Part shown: piece after piece, positions 40,035 through 47,002 of the stretch
Numbering within the stretch: the stretch's first letter is position 1
Layout: each line of letters begins with the position of its first letter
From: Candidatus Aminicenantes bacterium
GTDB lineage: Bacteria > Acidobacteriota > Aminicenantia > Aminicenantales > Saccharicenantaceae
DNA length: 64,000 bases
Direction of reading: 5' to 3'
Assembly: GCA_037447475.1 (NCBI GenBank)
Contig: JBBIGP010000004.1
Span: forward strand, 7,713 to 71,712
Position numbers and translations under genes: made by a program
The notes under the pieces: generated by a model
What the model saw: only the letters and a program-made list of their open reading frames with translations
What the model was told of the DNA's origin: nothing
Databases searched by the model: none

Positions 40035-40921
40035 AGGACCTTCTCTTCTCCGTTCATCCTGACGAGCCTGTCGATCTCCTTGAGGACGAGGTCCCTGCGG
40101 ACGAGCACGGCCTTGATCTCCTCGTCCGTGAGGTACTCGCCCACGACGCCCTTGACGGCCTCGGCATCGAGCGTCTTGATCTTGTCGACGATGGCCCGGG
40201 GCAGCTCGCTCATGAGCTTGGGGCCTTCCTTGTGCTTTTCCGTGTAGATCAGGCTCTTCGTGAACTTCCCCGAGGCCCGGAAGGACCGGGAGTGGTCGAT
40301 GAGGATCATCCGCCAGTCGGGCTGGGTGATGAGGATCTGGTTCTGGTGGCGGTCCTCGTTGGCGATGAGATTGTCCCAGAACCGCTGCAGGTAGGTCGCC
40401 CGGTTCCAATAATAGACCCTGATGGGCGGGACCTTGAGGTTCTTCTGCTCCTTGTCGCGGAGCGTGATGCAGTCCTCGACCCAGAGCTGGCAGGACCCGC
40501 GCTCCGCGCGGTAACGTCGCTCGACGGTCGGGGGGACCATGTTGAGCCCGAGGTGCTTGTCGAGGAGATAGGCGGCGACCTCGTAGTTCCAACCCTCCCA
40601 ATACCCGCCCATCCGGCCTTGGGCGTTCTTCCACAGGGCCCGGTGGGACACGTCGTCCTTTTTCAGGGTCAGGACCCAGGGGCTGGTCACGGATTCCCTT
40701 CCTGTCATCTGCCGGCTGTCGACGACCTCGGCCGTCCTCAGGAACTCCTCCCACTTCTCCCGCTCGGCCAGGTCTTCGGGCGTGAACTGGGCGGCGCCGA
40801 GTCGCGGGGCCGGCCCTCCGGGGCCGTTGGCCGGGCTCATGGCGTGGCCCAGGAGGACCACGGACAAGACGCCGGCGGCGATGGCGCCGGACACGATGGA
40901 TACGATCGCGGACTTTTTCAT
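40028..40921 (-). CDS. secreted protein with atypical kinase-like domain (HipA/CtkA/PI3-4K-like motifs), paralog 1
   Basis: Signal peptide/anchor MKKSAIVSIVSGAIAAGVLSVVLL; conserved EEFLRTAE, WKN, YEVAAYLLDKHLGLNMVPPT, catalytic-loop-like ANEDRHQNQIL (NxDxHxxN), metal-binding-like ILIDHSRSF; shares ~45% identity by eye with the next gene. Confidence 0.5.
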   Translation of the reverse strand: MKKSAIVSIVSGAIAAGVLSVVLLGHAMSPANGPGGPAPRLGAAQFTPEDLAEREKWEEFLRTAEVVDSRQMTGRESVTSPWVLTLKKDDVSHRALWKNAQGRMGGYWEGWNYEVAAYLLDKHLGLNMVPPTVERRYRAERGSCQLWVEDCITLRDKEQKNLKVPPIRVYYWNRATYLQRFWDNLIANEDRHQNQILITQPDWRMILIDHSRSFRASGKFTKSLIYTEKHKEGPKLMSELPRAIVDKIKTLDAEAVKGVVGEYLTDEEIKAVLVRRDLVLKEIDRLVRMNGEEKVLY

Positions 40922-40970
40922 TCTTCCCTCCCTGATCTATCCGGTCGATGGCCCAGCCATCTCCTCTCCC

Positions 40971-41807
40971 TCAGTAGAGGACGGCGGCTTCGCCCTGTTC
41001 CCGGACCATCTGGCGGATCTCCTTGAGCAGGAGGTCGCGGCGGGCCAGTACGGCCCGGATCTCCTCGTCCGTGAGGTACTCTCCCACAGCGGCCCGGATG
41101 GTCTCGAACGATAACTCCCGGATCCGGTCCACGAACGAGCGTGGCAGGCGCCGGAAGAGGAACGGCGTCCCCTGCATGGACGTCTGCAGGCCCCGCTGTC
41201 CGAACATCAGCCTTTTCGTGTGCTCCTTCGTCGCGCGGAACGACCGCGAGTGGTCGATGAGGATCATCCGCCAGTCCTCGGTGTAGAGGATGTTCTGCTG
41301 GTTCCGGTCCTCGTTGGCGATGAGACTGTCCCAGGCGCGGGTCAGCCACTTCATCTTTTCCGTGTGTTCCGTCACGGAGTCGGGAATGCGGATGTTGTTG
41401 TCGACGATCTTTTCCAGGCTGTGCTTGTTCTCGGCCCAGAGGACGAGGGCGCCGCTCTGTCCCTGGAACTCCCGCTCGACGGCCGGTGGGATCATGTTCA
41501 AGCCGATGAGCTTGTCGAGGCGGTAGGCGGCGATCTCGAATCGCCAGCCCTCGTAGAAGCCCAGCTGCATGCCGCTCGGGTTCTTCCAGCAGGCCGCCGC
41601 CTCGCGGTCTCCCTGTTTGAGAGTGAGCTTGAAGGGCTTGGTCACCCCTTCGCCGATCTCCTTGAAGCCGGCGATCTCGGCCGTCCTCAGGAACTCCTCG
41701 AACGCTTCTCTCGCGGCGATCTCGTCCGGGGTGAATTGCCCGAACAGGGCGGCCGGAGCCGCTATGAGCAGGAGAAGGCAAACGGCGGCCCGAAACGCAC
41801 ATATCAT
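40971..41807 (-). CDS. secreted protein with atypical kinase-like domain, paralog 2
   Basis: Trimmed to MICAFRAAVCLLLLIAAPAALFGQ signal peptide; same motifs: EEFLRTAE, WKN, FEIAAYRLDKLIGLNMIPPA, ANEDRNQQNIL, ILIDHSRSF, C-term ...GEYLTDEEIRAVLARRDLLLKEI...VLY. Confidence 0.5.
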   Translation of the reverse strand: MICAFRAAVCLLLLIAAPAALFGQFTPDEIAAREAFEEFLRTAEIAGFKEIGEGVTKPFKLTLKQGDREAAACWKNPSGMQLGFYEGWRFEIAAYRLDKLIGLNMIPPAVEREFQGQSGALVLWAENKHSLEKIVDNNIRIPDSVTEHTEKMKWLTRAWDSLIANEDRNQQNILYTEDWRMILIDHSRSFRATKEHTKRLMFGQRGLQTSMQGTPFLFRRLPRSFVDRIRELSFETIRAAVGEYLTDEEIRAVLARRDLLLKEIRQMVREQGEAAVLY

Positions 41808-41915
41808 CGAATCTTCCTCCGATGGCACCCTGATGCTCCTATCATAAGGAGGGTCAAGGGGGAAATCAAGCCCAGCCCGAGCCCCGTTTCCGCTTCGTGT
41901 GGCCGTCGAGGGGGA

Positions 41916-43406
41916 TCAGGCTTTGGCAAGGGCATCCTGGGCGGTCTTCCGCCTTCGGTAGGCGGGAATGATCTTGAGACAGATGCCGATCAGGACGGCC
42001 ACGGCGAAGACGTTGAGGAGAGCGTAGTTTTCGATGTGAAGTCCGAGAAGGTGGACGCCGATGAGGACGGCCAGCGCTGAAAGCGTGTCTCCCCCCCTGA
42101 CAAAGAAGGTGTCGATAGCCGCCTTGGCTTTATACTTCTCCTCCCGCTTGGTGACCAGGAACAGCGCGGCCTTGGTCGTATTCTGAAGGGAATAGTCGGT
42201 GCCGTTCTCGAAGGCCTTGACCCAGCGGACGAGCACGAGAACGGCTCCGAAGGAAATCAGCGTGTAGCCGCCCAGGGCGATGAGAGGAAGGAAGAGCAAG
42301 GCCCCTCCCACGCCGATCCACTTGAAGATGCGCGAGACCAGGAAGAGCTGGATGATGAGGGCGATCAGATTGGTCAGGAACTGGTAGTTCATGAATGCGC
42401 TGTGAATGGCCTTGCTCTCCGTTCCGGCGGGCAAGGCCGGGGACGCCGCCGGGCGCTTCCGATCGGCTCCATCGTCGGGAAGCGGGACGAGCCGGCCCCG
42501 CGGGCCTCCCGCGGCTCCATCGGCTATCGACTCCCTGACCGTGACGGCGGTGATGATATATTCCCCGGTCGCATTGATGAAATTATAGAGGCCGATCATG
42601 GCCGCGATGAGAAGAAGGTAGCGGCTCTTGAAGATCAGCCGGAACCCTCCTCCCGCTCTTAGCGGCTGTTCACTGGCGACGCTTTCCTCCTCGGCCTTGG
42701 CCAGGCCCTTTTCGCGGGCCTCGCGGGTGTCCCGGACGGCCCGGTTGTGGATATGCCAGGCCAAGGCGATGCAGAGCAGCAGGATGAGGCCCGCGATGAG
42801 CATGAGCTCGTATTCCCAGTTCTCCCCCAGGATATCCCTCAACCGCTTCATGATCGGCAAGGTCGCGACGAGCCATCCGAGCGTGGCTCCCAGGGCGACG
42901 AGCGGAAACGTGCGCTTTCCGACCTCGTCCGAATAGAGGTCGTTCGCGAAGCCCCAGAACTGGGCGATCACGAAATAATTGAATATGCCGATCCAGATGA
43001 AGAACATGATCCCCATGGGCTTGACGGCCATCCCGCTCAAGTTGAGGAAATAGAAGACGACGAGGTTGGAGATGAAGAATGATGTTGTCCAAGTGATAAG
43101 GATATGCCGAGGCACCCTGGAAGCGAGGCGACTGAATGCCTTGATGACGAAGATGAAGAGAACGGCTTGGGCCCCGCTCAGGTAGCTCTTGACTTGAGGG
43201 GAACCCTGGTCAACAAGGAGAAGCGACTCGCGCAGCGGCTTGAGGATGTAGTAGGCCAGAAGCAAAAGAAAGATGTTGAGGGCGAGCAGGAGGGCCTTCA
43301 GGGCTTCCCCCTTGCGGACGTCGGCGAACAGCCTGAGGAAGCCGTAGCCGATGTTCGAAGTAGCGCCGCCCGACGGCGGGATCCCCCCGCGGATTCTATC
43401 CCCCAT
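41916..43406 (-). CDS. TLC/AAA-family ATP:ADP antiporter-like nucleotide transporter (Npt/Tlc homologue)
   Basis: 496 aa, ~12 TM; TLC signature LKALLLALNIFLLLLAYYILKPLRESLLLV; internal Gly/Pro/Ala-rich ~40-aa loop insertion (…ADGAAGGPRGRLVPLPDDGADRKRPAASPALPAGTE…). Confidence 0.65.
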   Translation of the reverse strand: MGDRIRGGIPPSGGATSNIGYGFLRLFADVRKGEALKALLLALNIFLLLLAYYILKPLRESLLLVDQGSPQVKSYLSGAQAVLFIFVIKAFSRLASRVPRHILITWTTSFFISNLVVFYFLNLSGMAVKPMGIMFFIWIGIFNYFVIAQFWGFANDLYSDEVGKRTFPLVALGATLGWLVATLPIMKRLRDILGENWEYELMLIAGLILLLCIALAWHIHNRAVRDTREAREKGLAKAEEESVASEQPLRAGGGFRLIFKSRYLLLIAAMIGLYNFINATGEYIITAVTVRESIADGAAGGPRGRLVPLPDDGADRKRPAASPALPAGTESKAIHSAFMNYQFLTNLIALIIQLFLVSRIFKWIGVGGALLFLPLIALGGYTLISFGAVLVLVRWVKAFENGTDYSLQNTTKAALFLVTKREEKYKAKAAIDTFFVRGGDTLSALAVLIGVHLLGLHIENYALLNVFAVAVLIGICLKIIPAYRRRKTAQDALAKA

Positions 43407-43427
43407 GTCGACCTCCCTCCGGGACGC

Positions 43428-45311
43428 TCAGATCAGGACATGGCCCTCCCCGCGGGTCTCGATGAGCCTTTTGATGATCCGGATGATGAGGTCACGGCGG
43501 GAATGGAGGGCTTCGATCTCTTCTTTGTCGAGATGGGGCGACAGAAGGAGGAAGACCGCCTTCCTGTCCCACCCCAGGAGCTTGCCGAAGAGGTCTTTCG
43601 AGCACTTGCGGATCTCGCATCCGGGCGGAAGGCTCTTCCGGGGCGCGAAGGCTTCCGAGAAATCGACGCGGTAGATCCGCTGGTCGTCGCGGCTGACGAG
43701 CACGTCCCGGTCGTTGTCGCACTCTTCGTGGACGAGCATCTCGAAGAGCCGCAGGTCTTCCCGGTCCCGCTCGAAGGCCGCGGGCCGGGCCGGGGCGAGC
43801 TTCTGCTCCTTCCAGTCGAATTCCGAGATGGCGTTCTCGACGAAGACCTGCAGGGAGCCGGGGATCCCGTCGATCTCCCGCTCGATGACAGGCGGGACGA
43901 ACGCCAGCTTGAGGTACTTGGCGAGGTCGTAAGCGGCCAGCTCGTAGCGGTAGCTGTCGGGGAGCGGGTGAGGGCGGCGCCGGTCGATGTACTTGAACAT
44001 GGCCCTGCGCGTGACGCCGTCCTTCTCGAGGGTCACCCGCCAAGGCTCCGTCCGCCCGGCGGCGGCCGTCTTGCGGGCCATGGCCTTGGCCGTCCTGAGG
44101 AACTCCTCGACGGCTTTGGCCGAAGCGAGCGGTTCCGGGCGGGTGACGACCGGAGAGCTGCGGGCGGCGGCCTCTTCCGTCTCGCCCCAGAGCTCGAACC
44201 GTCCGTCCTCGTAGATGAGGGCCGCGGGCAGGCCGCCGTAAAACTCGGAGATCCCGGTGTCGATGACGAAGACCTTGCCGCCGAAGCGGCTGACGGTCTC
44301 GAGGGTCGCGATGGGGCTCGACCCGGCGTTGTTGACAGGCAGATAGCTGTGGCCGACGACGATGGCCCGGGCCCCGAGGTTGTCCAGGATACGGTCGACC
44401 TCGGCCTGAGCGGTGCCTTCGATATGGGTCGTCAGGCCCCGGAACCAGACCGGGCCGTCCGGCGCGTAGACGAGCTTGGGCTTGAAGGGCCTAAAATAGC
44501 GATGAGGGGACTTGATCCTCTCCCGGAACTCCTCGAGCTCCTTTCTCATGAGGTCGTTCGTCTCGCGCAACGGCCGTTTCGAGTAGTGCTCGTTGACGCC
44601 CCCGTGGAGGTAGACGACGTCGTTGATCTTGATGATGGTGTTCTTCGTCAGCAGCCAGCTTCCGTACAGGTCGTTGAAGGCGTTGACATAGGCCAGGCGG
44701 GCCTCCCGGTCGTGGCGGATGACACGCTGCCAGTAGGCCCGCAGAGCTTCGTCCGTCCCGAGATCCAGGCCCTCGGCCTCGGCCTGGCGGCGCCGGTCGC
44801 GGGGGAGCCTGGCGATGTAGGCCGCTTCCAGGGACCTGCGGACGCCGTCCGGGAGGAAGGAGACGAACTGCTCGGGCGTGACGTACTGAGGATAGTCCAG
44901 GGCGATGCCGGTGATGTTCATCTCCTCGTGGTTGCCGATGAGGACGTGGACCAAGCCGCCGGCCGCCTCGGCTTCCTTTTCGAGGCGCATGAGAAGGTCC
45001 ATGATCTTCCTGGCGTCGGGGCCGCGGTCCATGATGTCGCCGAGCTGGACGAGGTGGGCCGTCCCGGCGGTCCATCGGAGGTCCGCGTCGATGACGCCGA
45101 CCTCGGGGTTCGAGAGGATGAAGACGAACCGGTCGTAGTCGCCGTGCAGGTCGCCGACGGCGACGACGCGGCCGACGCCGGACCAGGCATAGGGGATCTC
45201 GGAGGCGGGAGAGAGCGGGACATGGAGCAGGATGAGCAGGAGAAGAATAAACAGACCTTTGAGGGGCCGACATGGGGCCTGTCGCGACCATCCCCTGCTG
45301 CGTTCGGGCAT
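43428..45311 (-). CDS. secreted calcineurin-like metallophosphoesterase fused to divergent atypical-kinase-like domain (paralog 3)
   Basis: Signal peptide ...LFILLLLILLHVPLSPA; MPE motifs VVAVGDLHGDYDRF, LVQLGDIMDRGPDARKIM, VLIGNHEEMN, ...IVVGHS...; C-terminal 250 aa aligns with paralogs 1/2 (EEFLRTAK, YELAAYDLAKYLKLAFVPP, ...GHVLI) but catalytic-loop region altered (HEECDNDRDVLV; YRVDFSEAF). Confidence 0.6.
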   Translation of the reverse strand: MPERSRGWSRQAPCRPLKGLFILLLLILLHVPLSPASEIPYAWSGVGRVVAVGDLHGDYDRFVFILSNPEVGVIDADLRWTAGTAHLVQLGDIMDRGPDARKIMDLLMRLEKEAEAAGGLVHVLIGNHEEMNITGIALDYPQYVTPEQFVSFLPDGVRRSLEAAYIARLPRDRRRQAEAEGLDLGTDEALRAYWQRVIRHDREARLAYVNAFNDLYGSWLLTKNTIIKINDVVYLHGGVNEHYSKRPLRETNDLMRKELEEFRERIKSPHRYFRPFKPKLVYAPDGPVWFRGLTTHIEGTAQAEVDRILDNLGARAIVVGHSYLPVNNAGSSPIATLETVSRFGGKVFVIDTGISEFYGGLPAALIYEDGRFELWGETEEAAARSSPVVTRPEPLASAKAVEEFLRTAKAMARKTAAAGRTEPWRVTLEKDGVTRRAMFKYIDRRRPHPLPDSYRYELAAYDLAKYLKLAFVPPVIEREIDGIPGSLQVFVENAISEFDWKEQKLAPARPAAFERDREDLRLFEMLVHEECDNDRDVLVSRDDQRIYRVDFSEAFAPRKSLPPGCEIRKCSKDLFGKLLGWDRKAVFLLLSPHLDKEEIEALHSRRDLIIRIIKRLIETRGEGHVLI

Positions 45312-45477
45312 CTGTATCCCTTATACACGTTTTTGTGGTGGGAATCAACGGCTTGGCCGTCCACGATGCGTGTCATCGATAGACACCACGGGACCGGTCG
45401 TTTCCCATCAGGGGAGTGGAGCCGAAAGAATTGACTCCGCCGCCGGGCCCCTGATATCCTGAGGCGCGCGGGCAAGG

Positions 45478-46830
45478 GTGACGAAAGGACGGTGGACCGT
45501 GCGTTTCGGATCGTTCGTTGGTGTCATAGGGCTTGTGGGAATGTTTGTCGTTCTTGCCGGGGTTTCCGGCTGCAGGGGAGGCGGGCGGCCGGTCCCCTCC
45601 GAGGATGTCGCTGTGACGGTCAAGCCGGGCGTCGAGGTCTTCCTCGAGAGATATGTCGGGCTCGTGGAGGGCAAGCGCGTCGGCCTGATCACCAACCCGA
45701 CGGGAGTGGATGGGCGCCTGCGGTCGACGGTGGACCTGTTCGCCGGGAGCCCCGATATCGACCTGGTCGCGCTCTATGGCCCCGAACACGGCGTCAGGGG
45801 GAACGCGCAAGCCGGCGAATACGTGCCGTTCTACATCGACGACAAGTACGGTTTGCCCGTTTTCAGCCTCTACGGACAGTCGTTCAAGCCCCCGCCGGGC
45901 ATGCTCAAGGACATCGACGAGCACATGCGGTCGTTCGACACGGACATCGCCGGGAAGGTCCCCGAGAAAGCCATGGTCGAGAGCGTCGACGTCCTCGTCT
46001 TCGACGTCCAGGACGTGGGGACGAGGGTCTACACCTATATCGCCACCATGGCTTACGCGATGCAGGCGGCGGCCGAGAGCGGCATCGAGGTCATCGTCCT
46101 GGACCGCCCGAACCCCGTCAACGGCGTGGACATGGAGGGGCCGATCCTGGAGTATCCCGCATTCAGCTCGTTCGTCGGGCTCTATCCCGTCCCTGAGCGC
46201 TTCGGCATGACGATGGGCGAGCTGGCCCTGCTCTTCAACGACAGGTTCCTGGAGAAGAAGGCCCGTCTGACGGTCGTCGCCATGGAGGGCTGGAAGAGGC
46301 CGATGTGGTTCGACGATACGGGACTGCCCTGGATCATCCCTTCGCCCAACATGCCGACCCTCGACACGGCCACGGTCTATCCGGGCCAGGTCTATATCGA
46401 GGGGACGAACATGTCGGAAGGCCGGGGTACGACCCGGCCGTTCGAGCTGTTCGGAGCGCCTTGGATCGACGGCCACGAGCTGGCGAAAAGGCTCAACGGG
46501 CTCGGCTTGCCGGGCGTCGTCTTCCGGGAGACCTGGTTCACGCCGTGGTTCTCCAAGTTCCAAGGGCAGCTCTGCGGAGGCTGCCAGGTCCATGTCACGG
46601 ACAGGGAGGCATACCGGTCGTTCGGGACCGCGCTGCACGTCATCAAGACGGTCCGGGACATGTATCCGGACAAGTTCGCCTTCCATGCGGACTACTTCGA
46701 CAAGGTCATGGGGACGGACAAGGTCCGCCGGGCTCTCGAAGCGGGGGAGACCGTCCCAGCGATCCTCGAGAGACTGGAGCCCGGGCTGGCCGCCTTCGCC
46801 GCGCTCCGCCGCCCGTATCTGCTCTATTAG
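45478..46830 (+). CDS. DUF1343 family protein (exo-beta-N-acetylmuramidase NamZ-like), lipoprotein
   Basis: 450 aa; lipobox VLAGVSGC; conserved ...VGLITNPTGVD...VALYGPEHGVRG...VLVFDVQDVGTRVYTYI...LDRPNPVNG... Confidence 0.75.
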   Translation: MTKGRWTVRFGSFVGVIGLVGMFVVLAGVSGCRGGGRPVPSEDVAVTVKPGVEVFLERYVGLVEGKRVGLITNPTGVDGRLRSTVDLFAGSPDIDLVALYGPEHGVRGNAQAGEYVPFYIDDKYGLPVFSLYGQSFKPPPGMLKDIDEHMRSFDTDIAGKVPEKAMVESVDVLVFDVQDVGTRVYTYIATMAYAMQAAAESGIEVIVLDRPNPVNGVDMEGPILEYPAFSSFVGLYPVPERFGMTMGELALLFNDRFLEKKARLTVVAMEGWKRPMWFDDTGLPWIIPSPNMPTLDTATVYPGQVYIEGTNMSEGRGTTRPFELFGAPWIDGHELAKRLNGLGLPGVVFRETWFTPWFSKFQGQLCGGCQVHVTDREAYRSFGTALHVIKTVRDMYPDKFAFHADYFDKVMGTDKVRRALEAGETVPAILERLEPGLAAFAALRRPYLLY

Positions 46831-46833
46831 CAA

Positions 46834-46921
46834 GAAGGGGTCAAATCTCCACTCATTAAATTTTCAGCTGCCATGTCGTCGGGAAATCGAAAAATTTAAT
46901 GAGTGGAGATTTGACCCCCTC
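46834..46921. repeat. AT-rich ~88 bp palindromic element, copy B (arms gaaggggtcaaatctccactcattaaatttt / revcomp, 25-bp spacer)
   Basis: Arms 46834-46864 and 46890-46921 are reverse complements with a single mismatch; the same element is at 11730-11819. Both copies carry compensatory substitutions (cttatta vs ctcatta) that keep each copy self-complementary. Confidence 0.8.
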
Positions 46922-47002
46922 TTGTTGCATCCTTGCCGCTGTTCCCATAAAATGAATGCTCTTGCCTTACGGAGCCACAATCATAAAAAGGAGAGCGACG
47001 AG

